A DNA stretch of 64,000 nt from Octopus vulgaris (lineage: Eukaryota), in contig OX597816.1 in assembly GCA_951406725.2 (NCBI GenBank), positions 120,714,001 to 120,778,000 on the forward strand. Reading direction: 5' to 3'. The notes under the pieces were generated by a model. The model was not told the DNA's origin. It ran no database searches and was given only the letters and a program-made list of their open reading frames with translations. This document shows, in pieces, positions 13,543 through 26,479 of the stretch (position 1 is the stretch's first letter; the number at the start of each line of letters is the position of its first letter). The position numbers and the translations under genes were made by a program.

Positions 13543-16070
13543 TTTCGTTTATTTGCCACAAGGGCGAAGGATGAGGGGACAATGCAAAGACAGACATAAA
13601 GTGTGTGAGGGTTTACATATAATGAAATAATAAAAAAGAATAAGAAAGAAAGTATACACGGTATACACTGAAAAAGAAGGAACATATGCATAGCCTATAA
13701 AGGTTTAAAAAACAAAAGAAGGAGTGGGAAGGATGATAGACATGTGACCCTCCTGATACAGGAATGTCTCTAGCGATAATCGAAGAACTCTGCTGTCCGA
13801 GATTTCCCTGAAACCCCAGGCGAAAGCGCTCTCTCCAATTCCTTCTCTCTGACTCACAGGTCTACACTTAGAAAAGTACCATCCACTCTTGTCATTTTCG
13901 CAACTTTCACCCACCTTTCAATAAACTCACTCGAGAACAACACTTCCCTCTTCACTCTCAATTTCCTTTTCAAGTGAAACTTGAAGAAGTCAACGAGAGC
14001 TCTACCAAAGAGGAATGTATCCGTCCTCATGTCTTTCAGCCTTGTCCACCACACAACCTCTTTCACCACAGCCACCAGGCAAAGAGAAACTGCCTTGCCT
14101 GTCCGATTGAAGTAGGGCGGCTGTGCGATCATCACTATAGACTCGGCCGACAGACGAATCCGTCCCACACGTAACAGCCGCTGTTTGACATAACTCCACA
14201 AGTCAGCAATACCCGGACACTGAACGAGGGCGTGCAGAACGGTTTCGTCACACTGCGCGCAACTCGGACAAACCCATCTGACAGCACATCCGTGCCTGTA
14301 GAGTTTATCGCGAACCGGTAGCGCCCCACCTCCTGTAGCGCTGCCAGGCCAAGGTCATCCGGAAATCATCCATGATAGTTCCCGACCGGAAAGTCCTCCG
14401 GAACAGACTAGCCGGTTCGTTCTCGTCGGCGCCGAGAACGTCGTTGCACTTCTCCGCCATTAACCCTCTATAAATTGCTAAATTGGAGCATCCACCGATC
14501 CCATTGTCCAACTGGTAAAGGTATGTGAACGCCTGACGATATTCTAGGTGCCAGGCGCCCAGTCTCGGTCTTTTCTTTATCCAGGCCTGCAGCTCCGTCA
14601 AGGAGACGAGCTGCAGAAAGACGAACCTCACAAACGGAGACCACACACGCTCACCTTCCAGAAATCGTTGCAGGTGGCGTAACCTAAAAGCGTGTCTGCG
14701 CATTAGGAGCTACGGCATACCTAATCCGCCACTCAGAAGATGCTGGCAACAGGCTGACTGCCTGACCATTGGAATGCGTCTCTACCACAATAACTTAAAT
14801 AAGAGACGCCTCAACCTGGTCAAACAGTAACAGGGACAAGGCACGACGGTCAGGCGATAAATAATAACGGAGGCGATGTACACATTCGCCACCTCTGCCC
14901 GACCTTTCAAAGACAGCTCCTTCTCAGCCCATTTTTTTGGTAAGACTGGCTACCCTGTTCGCCTCCTCGTCCCAGTTCTTATCAACCAGTTCGAAAGGGA
15001 GGCTTCTTAGCTGTTGCAGCTTCTGAAGCAGTAGCTTGAGTGCCAATACGTACAGAAGAGGCGACGGTGGGCAGCCCTGATGGACCGAGCGTGCGATGCC
15101 AAACGGCTCCAATAGGTGGCCGTTTACTTTGACCATTGAAGAGGTACCGCTGTGCATTGCAGCGATCCAGCCTCTGAAAACGGGTCCGAAACCGCCTACT
15201 TTCAGTACAGCTTTCAAGTAGTGATGGTCGACCCTATCGATTGCTCTTGATTGATCCAAATTGGTCAGAGCACCCACGAAGCCAGCTTTGGTTCCAGCCC
15301 TCTCTATGATATATCGCATAAGGTGGAGGTTGTCGTGGATAGACCTTCTCGGGATTGCGGGTGTTTGCCATTCTGCAACCAGGCTACCAAAGACAAGCGC
15401 CAGCCTTTTCGCTAACACCTTGGCCAAAATCTTAAACTCTGTGTTTAGCAGAGTTATGGGCCTTAGTTCAGACAACGAAACCTTCGTGTTTCGCTTCGAA
15501 GGATCATTCTCGCCGTTAACACACCGGTCGCAATGCCCTTTTTAATCGCTTCTTCTAATTTGCTATCTAGTTCACCCTCTGATCTATTCCTTTCTATTGC
15601 TAACTCTTTCCTAACTGCGATCGATTCTGTTCTAATCGCTCTCTTCAGGGTGGCTCATCAACGGGTGTTGACGATTGCCCTCGTCAACTGTCACTTAACT
15701 AGTTCACTAATCCGATACTTGTAGTCTTTGCGTACCGGAAAGGTCACGTTTAACTTCCAGTAACCTGGTCCCTGTCTACGGGTCCTAGCTAACTCGACTG
15801 TGCAGATCACCAACTCGTGGTATATGTAACCGACCAATTCCAATTGTAAACAACCTACACTATCCCTATTCTCTGACCTAACAAATGCTCTATCTAGATA
15901 CGATCTGGGTGACCCATTATGGTTGCTCTATGTCCACACTGGCACAGTCGATACCTATCAGGCAATTGGTAGTCTCTGAGTAAGTTTTTGAGGCATCCCC
16001 TTCTTCTGTGTACTAGCTCCACACAATCCTTCCGTGCGTCCAAAATCCCATTCCAGTACCCTACTAAATT
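13543..16070 (-). mobile_element. Decayed, 5'-truncated, internally deleted Tx1-type LINE related to the element at 28553-34860
   Basis: Minus ORFs match ORF2 below: LVGYWNGILD, RPITLLNTEFKILAKVLAKRL, SIHDNLHLMRYII, MRRHAFRLRHL, VGRIRLSAES, FFKFHLKRK. The YADD region is deleted. The 3' end TTGTCCCCTCATCCTTCGCCCTTGTGGCAAATAAACGAAA abuts (ATC)n. Confidence 0.9.
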
Positions 16071-16082
16071 GCGAGATGAATA

Positions 16083-16250
<168 letters not shown>

Positions 16251-16308
16251 ATACGAAGTCTGTTCAAAAAGTATCCAACCTGTGGGCATAAAAATCAGTT
16301 TTTTAGAT

Positions 16309-16355
<47 letters not shown>

Positions 16356-16391
16356 TATCATTTTTTCTTATGCTGTATACCCTTTATCTTT

Positions 16392-16800
16392 CTTTTATCT
16401 TTTACTTGTTTCGGTCATTTGACTGCGGCCATGCTGGAGCACCGCCTTTAGTCGAGCAAATCGACCCCGGGACTTATTCTTTTTGTAAGCCCAGTACTTA
16501 TTCTATCGGTCTCTTTTGCCGAACCGCTAAGTGACGGGGACGTAAACACACCAGCATCGGTTGTCAAGCAATGCTAGGGGGACAAACACACAAATACACA
16601 GACATACACACACATATATATATATACATATATACGACAGGCTTCTTTCAGTTTCCGTCTACCAAATCCACTCACAAGGCATTGGTCGGCCCGGGGCTAT
16701 AGCAGAAGACACTTGCCCAAGATGCCACGCAGTGGGACTGAACCCGGAGCCATGTGGTTGGTTAGCAAGCTACTTACCACACAGCCACTCCTGCGCCTAT
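16392..16800 (-). mobile_element. SINE family B, full-length, CpG-rich (young) copy
   Basis: Head TAGGCGCAGGAGTGGCTGTGTGG...GGGTTCAGTCCC. Colinear with the 5262, 50752 and 56510 copies. Confidence 0.9.
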
Positions 16801-17111
16801 GTATACCCTGTATACTTGCATTGATTACTTTTGTTGCTACTGGACGCTATGCAAGCATTTTTTTTCAATTATTCCATTCTTTGTAAATCCCCACACTTTA
16901 CGCCTGTCATTGTATCTTCTCCATCATTCGTCGCCCTGGCAGTAGATAAAACCACCAATATCACCACGACGACGACGACCACCACCACCACCACTACTAC
17001 AAGTAGTTTTATTTTTATTATATGATTATGTTTATCGGATACAAAACGAAATTTTACAGTCCAGGGAAAATTTTTGTATTTATGTATTTTACATCTTCAT
17101 ATTGAACCCTT

Positions 17112-17144
<33 letters not shown>

Positions 17145-17307
17145 CATATGAAATAGCATGTATATGCATTTTATATATGTGTGTGTCTGTAAACACTCAT
17201 GTATGCATCTACACACACACGTATATACATACACACACATGTTTATATATGTATATTATAACAAACATACATGCATACATATATATATATACATGTATAT
17301 ATATATT

Positions 17308-17367
<60 letters not shown>

Positions 17368-17377
17368 TGTATGTATG

Positions 17378-17410
<33 letters not shown>

Positions 17411-17434
17411 GCATACATGGATATATACATATAT

Positions 17435-17468
<34 letters not shown>

Positions 17469-17644
17469 TGTTAGAGAAAGGGAGAGAGAGGGGGCACAAC
17501 GTTATTGATTCCTATCCATATATCTATATCTTTTTGCGCATGTGTGTCAGAAAGAGGGAGAAAGGAAATGATAGAGAAAGATCAAATGTAAGATTGCTTC
17601 TGCATGTGTGTGCGTTTGTGTGCGTGCTTGTGTGTCTGTGTGTT

Positions 17645-17721
<77 letters not shown>

Positions 17722-18426
17722 TTAATAATCACTTTAGGCCTCTTCAGCCGTATTTTGCTTAATTATCTCATCTGTTTATAAAGCAATTCAATACGCGGTC
17801 GGCCGTCCGGCTGAAAGTATGTATTGCGTGCGTGCTATGTTTAATATTGATAGAATATGCAACACAATGAAAACTATAGCCACGCGCTAATCGATAATTA
17901 TAAGATCTTTTGATTGTAAGGCGTGTTGCTTTCCATCAGTTTTCTATCTCATAAATTTCCGATCAGTTGGAAGAAACATCGAGATCAAAGTGTTCCAATA
18001 TTATACCAATGATTTGACAAAAGTTTTCCTTGTAGCTTAAATCGCATCGTACCCTACTGTATATGAGTGTGTGCATAAAAATGCGTGCATGTCAGTATGA
18101 GTATGTGATTGTATATACATGTGTATGTTTTTAGCCCAATATCATCGGTATTCATTTAGAATCGCTTCGTCGCTATCGTTCGTTAATGATCGGGAAAGAA
18201 GCATTAATGTCACCGGGTTCCGTTTACCTCTTCTATAACTCGAGAGCTTCATGCCTCATTTCAAAATGTTTGCCCAGCGGACAGAATGGTGAAGGAATTC
18301 ATAGCTCAATCATTCGTAAGTTCGCGTAATTCCTTTTAAAATGCTGCGCAACGAATTATGTATGTATGTGTGGATGGATGGATGGATGGATGGATGGATG
18401 GATGGATCAATGGATGTGTATATACA

Positions 18427-18457
<31 letters not shown>

Positions 18458-18536
18458 GCATACATATATTTGCATATATATATATATGCATATATATATA
18501 TATACACACATACATATGTAAATGTAATAACTTACT

Positions 18537-18582
<46 letters not shown>

Positions 18583-18600
18583 TAAATGCAATATCTTACT

Positions 18601-18673
<73 letters not shown>

Positions 18674-18984
18674 ATTAATGTTTGCTTAAAAAGTCAATTT
18701 TACATTAATTTGAGGTGTTATCTATACTTTCGTAGAGTGTAAATTTATTACTCATTACAAGAATAGTATTGACAGCGACTTCGAAGTAACCGTTTTCAAA
18801 CTGAAAAATGTATGTTTTACAGGTTGCTTAAATAGCAAAAAAAATTTTCTTACATGTATACATGCAAAAAAATACACATAGTATGCATATTTGTAAGAGA
18901 AAATCTTTTGCTATTTAAGCAACCAGACAAAAAAAAATTTTTGAGTTTGAATACTGTACCAAGGACTTTCTCTTTATTATTCTG

Positions 18985-19042
<58 letters not shown>

Positions 19043-19532
19043 GATCCATTGTAGAGATCCAGAGATTCTCAGTATAGAAGACATCAGTGCTCAAAAGATT
19101 CAAACTTAGACTCCAATGTCTTTACACGGAATCGATTCCGCGGGGTAAAGAATGTCTCTAAGATGGATCAAGTTGAGTGGATACAGAGGCAATTATGCGG
19201 ATAAACTAATGAGATGCATTAAATATAATAGTCTGGGTGTGAAATACAAAATATGTATATATGTATACATGTACAAGCAAGACGAAAGAAAACAAAAGGT
19301 AGAGACTTTCAGACGATGAATATTTAAGTACGAATATATAGATATTTATATTAATAGATCCAACTTACACAAAGTACAAATGAGAAAATTGAAGGGATGG
19401 AAGGTGTTATAAGTTCAACAGCTGTTTCTGGGGTTCGGAGATCCATGCTAATGTTGGTATATGTAGTTCATCAGTGTAGAGAAGATCCTACATTTCAGAG
19501 CTTAATGCAGAGAAGTTCAAAGATGGAACTCG

Positions 19533-19595
<63 letters not shown>

Positions 19596-19811
19596 CATAT
19601 ATACATATATATATAACCATATAATGTTTTGTTGTCTCTTTTTTGTATCATCTAGCTGCCTGGATATTTTGCCTGTCCCATTTTTTGTCGCATATTATGA
19701 TGAACTACATCTACTAACGTTAGTAGATGTTTGGAGTCAGTTAGGCATAAAGGAGAGGAGGCACCGTCTATAAGTAGAGAGTCGGAACAAGTTTCATTTG
19801 GAAGGCTAAAA

Positions 19812-19970
19812 TCTACCATTTTTGTATTCATTATTAATTACTCAAAATCTTTCGTTTTTTAGGTTCTACCATTTTCGTATTCATCATTAATTACTCAAAA
19901 ACTTCTTTCTTTTTTAGGTTCTACATTTTCGTAATCATCACTTATTACTCAAAGAATTTCTGTTTTAGAT
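19812..19970 (+). repeat. ~54-bp tandem repeat x3 immediately upstream of the transposase ATG
   Basis: Units TCTACCATTTT..TATTCAT.ATTAATTACTCAAAA...TTTTTTAG start at ~19812, ~19865 and ~19920. Confidence 0.85.
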
Positions 19971-19976
19971 CTCATT

Positions 19977-21139
19977 ATGAATTGGACCGGTGAACATCGT
20001 GGCTTTGTTGTTTAAGCGTATTATGAACATGACTAATCTCTAACAGCCACGTAGCGAGCGTTCCGTTGACACTTTGCGCTCGGTTGAAATGCATCTGTAT
20101 CAGACCGAAAACGAGTTTGCTTTGGATTTCTAACCTTCATGCAACTGGATCCACATTGAAACAAAAATCTTCTGGCAGACTTAGGACCGTTAGAACTTCA
20201 GAAAATGTGACACCAGTGACAACATTTGTTCAGCAATCGCCAACGCGTTCTGCTCGTAAGCATAGCATAGCATTAAGAATGTCTAGCCGAAGTCTGAGGA
20301 GGATTCTGCATTCTGATTTGAAACTGCATCCTTATAAAATTATGTCAGTTCATGAATTAACCAAGACAGATCATACCAATCGTAAAGCCCTATGTGTGGA
20401 TAATCTTGCATAAGTTCCCACTGCAGCTGTTCTTCTGAGCACCGACGAGGCTCACTTCCATATCAATGGAAACAAGAAGAATTTTCGTTATTGGGCTGAA
20501 CATAATCCTCATGAACTCCACAAAAGACTGAGTCATTCTCCTCGTGTAACTGTTTGGTGTGCAGTTGTCGATTTTGGAGTCATCGGCCCGTATTTTTTTT
20601 GAAGAAGGTGATGAAACAGTAACGGTTACTTCTGGCCGGTACATTGAAATGTTGGAGAACTGTTTGCGCTCTAAACTGAACTGGTTGGATACCGAACATC
20701 TATGGCTTCAACATGATGGAAACATGGCTCACACAGCATGACGTTCGCTTGGAATGTTGAGGCAAATGTTTCCTGGGCATTTGATTTCTTTGAGGGGAGA
20801 CGTGGTGTGGCCAGCAAAGTCATCAGATTTTAACCCTTGTGATTTTTCCTTTGGGGATACTTAAAGGAAAAAGTTTTCCGACATCATCCACGAACTCTTG
20901 AGGATTTTAAATCAGCGGAATACCACTTAAGATGACACGGAGAGACATGGAGAACTTTCGGGAACGACTGCATCAATGTATTGCCAACAACGATCGCCAT
21001 TTGCCTAATATAGTTTTTAAAATCTAGTAAAATAAACTGTGTTGTTTATGAACTTTTCAGTGACAAATTTCTTTCCTGGGTGGTTGTGTTCTCTTTTTAT
21101 ATTCATTCACAATGTGGGAGATCTTCATGCCTCACCTTG
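19977..21139 (+). mobile_element. DD41D (rosa/Visitor-type) Tc1/mariner transposase pseudogene with right TIR
   Basis: MNWTGEHRGFVV..., SPTRSARKHS, LKLHPYKI, DEAHFH, QHDG-(41 aa)-D in WPAKSSDFNPCDFF, stop at 21025-21027. Probable TIR end ...GCCTCACCTTG-TA at 21139. Confidence 0.88.
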
Positions 21140-22136
21140 TAGCTACCTCTTTCAAAAACTGTTTAAGAGCAGAACACAGTTAGATTTCCGTTACCTTGTT
21201 TTCATTAATCCATTTAGGAATTTTCCAACACGATCTTTTTTACATATATAAATTAAAGTTTATGTAACCGTTTCATTATATTTCGTTACATACATTTAGC
21301 TTTCAGATTTTTGTAATGTTATCATTTTCTTATGGGAAACGCATGAAAATTGTTGTGTATGTCGATAAAGGAAGTTTCTAATTGACAAAATTCTCAAAAT
21401 TTAATGGTTTGTAATATTATGTTACTAATTTTTGCTAAAACTGAATGTGATTTGCATAATCAATATTCAAATCTACATCAGCATAGAAATTTTTTTTTTA
21501 TTTTGTACTGAGCAAACGAGACTGGAAAGATCTGTAGTGCAGTTATTGTTAAGGTTAGGGTGAATCTTGGGATTGGGGTTAGTGTTAGGGTTAGGAATGG
21601 GTTAGTGTTAGGGTTAGTGTTTGGTTTCGGTTTAAGATTAGTGTTAGTATTAAATTTAATGTTAATACTTAAACCAGAGCTAACGTTAAGGCAAGGTTTG
21701 GGTTTAGAATTTGTGTTAGGGCTCGAGCTAAGTTTGTGGTTAGGGCTAGGTTAGGTACAGCATTATGGTTAGTGTTAGGCTTAGGGCTAAGTTTCAGATT
21801 ATGTTGGGTTAGATCTATGGCTAGGGCTCGTGCAAAAGCTAGGTCTTGGACTCGATTCGGGGCTAATGCTTAGGCAAGGGCTATTTAATTATAAATGTTA
21901 GGATTTGGGTAAGGTTAGGGTAAAGGTTAGGTTTAAGTTTAGGGTGTAGGTACGAATATTGTTACTTCGTTCAAAAGCTGTTTAAGTGCACAATTTCATT
22001 GTTGTTGACTTGTTTACTTTGTTCCATTTTAAAAGTTTTCTTTAAGTGTTTTTGTTTTTAAAGGTTATGTAACGTTTTCACTGAATTTTAGGTGTTCTGT
22101 AATATTTTCATTTTCATATTGTCAATATATAAAGGA

Positions 22137-22453
22137 ATCCCTTCGATCATGAATAGCCATGGGATTGCACCTATAAAGGTACCCTCCGAAGCACAAGTCC
22201 GTGCAAGGTTGTTTATGAAAGACTAGCAGTTTGCCCATGTCTCCCCTACCCACGCCACTGATGTTAACCAAGGGAAAGGCAAAGGCCGATACAGCTTGGC
22301 ACCAATGACGTCGTAACTAATTTCTACAGCTGAGTGAACTAGAACCACATGAAATAAAGTGTCTTGCACAAGAACGCAACACACTGCCCGGTTCGGATAT
22401 CGAACTCACTACCTCGTGGTTGTAAGCCCGACGCTCTAACCACTGAGCCATGC
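22137..22453 (-). mobile_element. SINE family A copy
   Basis: Colinear with 2484-2824. Confidence 0.85.
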
Positions 22454-22925
22454 AGAAATTGAGAAATTGTGGTATGTCAATTATGGAAGCTTTCGTTGGG
22501 TTGAATTTTCAAAATTTTAAGTTTTGCAATTTAATTATTAATTGGTGTCAAAATGAATGTAATTTTCATAACTAGCACGCAAAACTACATCATCAGTCAT
22601 TGCGAATAAAATTACAGATTCCCTTACTTTAACCCTAATCCTAACATTAACGCTAACCTTATACCTAACTCTAGCCCAAACTCTACCTGTAACCCTACCC
22701 TTACCCCTACCCTACTCCTAATCCTATCGTTCATTCCAACTCTGGTGCAAACTAATACCTTAATCCTAACCCTAACTTGAATTTTGTGGTTTTGTTCACC
22801 ATGTGGTTTTGTTCACCATGGCGGTGCCCCAGCATGGCCACAGCTCATGAGCTGAAACTGGAATCAATCAATCAATCAATCATGTTAATTTTTTTTCCTT
22901 TTTTTTTTTTAATTATTTTACTGAT

Positions 22926-23143
22926 GTACAAAGTGCTGAAAAGTTCTAGGCATTGGGTTAAAAAAAATACAGGAAGATCAGTTAGTTACGATTTTTTTCA
23001 ATATATTCCCATCTCAGATTCACACACTTATTGCAGCGGTCCTTCAGTTCTTCTACTGCCTGTAAAAGAACTCGGAAGGTTGGGTCTCCAACCTGGCCTT
23101 TCACGACACCCTTAAAGCCATGAAATTTCCAGCGTCCCCTCGT
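22926..23143. mobile_element. Mariner-type MITE (second copy)
   Basis: Reverse-complement homolog of 10195-10419. Ends ...CCCCTCG-TA. Confidence 0.7.
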
Positions 23144-24007
23144 ATGTGTGCTTGCTGATTATGGAAATCGAATTAATTTTAGACACAAATAAATAATGTA
23201 GAAGTTAAAAATCTTTGAACTGGAAGTTACATTTGTCTCTTTCCATAGCAACAGCACTTGTTTCTTTCTCCGTTTCCAATCTGGTAATTGAACCAGTGTA
23301 AGCTGTAGGGTTAAGAGAAGGATTGGGGTTAGAGTTAGGATCAATGTTAGTGTTAGGGTCATGGTTACAGCTACGGCTTGCTTTAGTTTTAGGGTTAGGC
23401 TTATGGTTAAGGTTAGTGTAAGGGTTAGGATTAGGTTTAAGGTCAAGTTTACTGTTAGGTGTAGAATTCCATTTTGGCTCCGGTTGGAGTCTGAACTAGT
23501 GATAAAGTAAACGTCTTAAGTTTAGGATAAAATTAGAGTGAATGTTAGACTAGGGTTAATGTCATGATCGTTTTCATAACAAAGTTACAAAATCTGTGAC
23601 ATCTTGCAAAACGTCTGAGTACATAGCATAATTGCATTGTCGTTGTCTTTTTCCTTCTTTCATTCCTGAACTTTTGTTTTTACGTTTTGTTCACATTTTG
23701 TTTTTATATAGTTTTTTCATTAGATTTTTATTCGTTTTTCATCTTTAAAAATATTTTGTAGTGCTTTGCGTTTCATTAAATTCTGTTTATTTTTCAAAAG
23801 ACAAATAAACCAGCTTTCAAGTTTCCATAAGGTTAAAAAAATAATTGTTTCATTCTGTGACCGTTTAAAACATGGATATTGTAACCTATGCAGTATTAAT
23901 CATGGAGGCTTCCGATTGGATAAAATTTCAAACTTTAACGTTTTGTAATTTTTTTAAAATTTGTGTTAAAAAAGAATGTGATTTTCATAAATAGAACCCC
24001 CTCCGCT

Positions 24008-24083
<76 letters not shown>

Positions 24084-24312
24084 GAGGCAGTAAAAGACTT
24101 CCTTTTTATTGGAAGAAATGAAAGACTTTCTGAAGAAATAAATTATGAGCCCTGTCTCTTAAATAGCTTAGTATTTATCTGTTTTGATATTCAATGACGA
24201 TGCTTTGACATCTCACTGCATCACATTTATGTTTCATTTTGAATGAAGAATTTCATCCCCGAAGATAAATTGCCCGATTATTACTTCATATTTTCATTAT
24301 ATTTGGGGGTTT

Positions 24313-24719
24313 GGATCTTTTCGGTTTGAACGGCAGTTTTTAGCATAATTTCTAGGTAACTAAAAAATTTTAAACTTCGTATACTGGTAGAATGTGTTTA
24401 TAAAACATCTTTCTCTCTTGGCTTTATTGAGAAAATTCTATAGTTTGTAAGATATTTGTTGTTTTTTCTTCAATTTCTGCAATTTCAACCAATCACTGAC
24501 GTCCATTGAGGTAAATAACATTCTGTGCCGTATGAATATGTCCCTCGTTTAAGAAACAGATTGGGTTTATTTACATTTGTGAAGAAAAAAATATACCCTT
24601 CCCCACCCCTAACCCTAAAATAGATTGAAATGCAATAGATCGATACTAGGGTCATAATTATGGGTGACAATTTCATATGACACCGCTAGAAAAAACTGCC
24701 GTTCAAACCGAAAAGATCC
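24313..24719. mobile_element. MITE with perfect 29-bp TIRs and apparent 7-bp TSD
   Basis: GGATCTTTTCGGTTTGAACGGCAGTTTTT (24313-24341) / AAAAACTGCCGTTCAAACCGAAAAGATCC (24691-24719). GGGGTTT flanks both ends (24306-24312, 24720-24726). Confidence 0.92.
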
Positions 24720-24774
24720 GGGGTTTTTTTCCACAAGGTTTCTAAAAGTTTTCAGATGTTACAAACGAATTATT

Positions 24775-25388
24775 TTACAGGGTAAATGTTTTTTAATTTT
24801 CTCCTGGTTTACGGAATTAATGTTATTTTGCGGTTAAAGCTTTTGGCTGTTATTTCTAGTGGGTGAATGGCCTATTATGGCCGTTCCTTGATTGTGATGT
24901 TGAACTTAAAAATGGTTTATGACTATTTAATTTTTTCCCACTAGGCCGCTGGTGGCAAAAGAATTCTACAAAATTTTTTTTGCCACCCTATATTGATTAA
25001 TTATGAATTTTCTGGTTAGTTCCGTAATGGAATCGGTGGCTTATATTTATTTGCTGCCGATAAATTTGGCGCGAGTGCGACGATTTGAAAATTTTAGGTC
25101 AGATATTGCCGAGGTAGCAAGAGGAATGCCTCGTGAAAAATATCTGTTCCGACTTGGCTATTTCTTACTGATGAGTCTAAGGGCCTATGGTGGATTGGCT
25201 TGATTTAATTTAATCAGGTTAGTTTACCATTAAACGGTAGATGAAACGGTGCATCGTCTAAGAAATTACAGGGTAAATGTTTTTTAATTTTCTCCTGGTT
25301 TACGGAATTAATGTTATTTTGCGGTTAAAGCTTTTGGCTGTTATTTCTAGTGGGTGAATGGCCTATTATGGCCGTTCCTTGATTGTGA

Positions 25389-25390
<2 letters not shown>
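24775..25390 (+). mobile_element. Penelope pLTR/retrozyme-like partial tandem (125-bp direct repeats, 491-bp period) ending in (TA)n
   Basis: 24775-24899 and 25266-25390 appear identical by eye. A hammerhead lies immediately before the second copy. Confidence 0.75.
25160..25266 (+). ncRNA. Type I hammerhead ribozyme with extended stem II
   Basis: Stem I ATTTCTTA/TAAGAAAT; CTGATGA 25168-25174; stem II GTCTA/TAGAT plus a long internal hairpin; GAAA 25243-25246; stem III CGGTGCATCG; GTC triplet, cleavage predicted after C25258. Confidence 0.88.
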
Positions 25391-25435
<45 letters not shown>

Positions 25436-25457
25436 CACATTCATACACACACACACG

Positions 25458-25555
<98 letters not shown>

Positions 25556-26225
25556 AGTGTCTGTTTTTCGTTTACTTTTTGTTTACTTATACACATCAAC
25601 AAATGAGCCAATGAGGTACTCTGTGTCGTTGTTCAATTTAGCCAAATCTCCCTCATGCTATGCTCTTGTTAGTATTAAGGAAAGGGAAAGCGTTTACTTC
25701 TCTTCATCATTACGATTAAAATTAATATTTTTGATTTTGTTCGGCTCTATGGATTAATTTTTTTTAATGCTTTTGTCCATATCTTGATACCGGAAATTGG
25801 AAAATCCTGACCAAAACAGAGAAAGTCTATCTTAACAAAACTTTAGAAAGAGAAAGAAAAGGTTCTGTTTTCCAAAGCTAAAAGTGGTGTTTTTAGCTGG
25901 GTTGTAATTTTATACTTAAAACAAATTCAAAATTTAAATTTCAGAGCATAAAACTTATCACGTTATCTGGTGTATAGCCGCAGTTCAAATGTGTACAAAA
26001 CCTAAAACGTGAGTGTGTGTGTGTGTGTGTGGAGGGCTCTTTAATAGCCAGGGGTCAATTTAAGTTCAGTCGCAGATAGGAATTCAAAACAGCAATACAC
26101 GCAATTATATACATGCAAACATACCCATACATACACACACATACACAAATCCATACCTATCAGCCACTCCCAAAAGCCAGTTTGATCCAGAATTCTGACC
26201 ACCATTCTTTATATATTTGTACACA

Positions 26226-26258
<33 letters not shown>

Positions 26259-26479
26259 TCAGCTTATCGCTTTTATCCATTACATTTTTCTTTTAATCGT
26301 CTGTCAATATTTATCTGTTTTTAGTTTTTGTTTTGTGGGTTTCACTTTAGCGACACCAGTTACACATGGTACCATGGTACTTTCCCACACTTGGTGTGGG
26401 AAAAGTTGTTTTTTAAGTTTTTGAAAATTTGGATCAAAAACTGATTGGCTACTTACTCGTTAATTTAAAATTAAACCTA

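Larger units (their letters stand above)
21250..23995. repeat. Degenerate ~1.2-kb repeat units containing telomere-like (TTAGGG/CCCTAA) hexamer blocks
   Basis: TTAGGG-like blocks at ~21548-21945 and ~23305-23560, CCCTAA-like block at ~22622-22776. A shared AT-rich segment (..GGAAG.TT...AAAATTT...GAATGT.ATTT.CATAA) recurs at ~21350, ~22465 and ~23880. Confidence 0.6.

Noticed and set aside
17102-17725. 207-aa ORF and the many similar YI/HT/CV/LSIY-repeat ORFs
   Set aside because: Translations of di- and tetranucleotide microsatellites, which lack stop codons; no domain content.
19405-19510. Possible minus-strand hammerhead (GAAACAGCTGTT with an upstream CTGATGA)
   Set aside because: Stem III is palindromic, but I could not build consistent stems I and II around a canonical core; at best a decayed relic.
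24775-25390. LTR retrotransposon or TRIM
   Set aside because: Repeats lack TG...CA ends, PBS, PPT and TSD; the hammerhead points to a Penelope or retrozyme origin.
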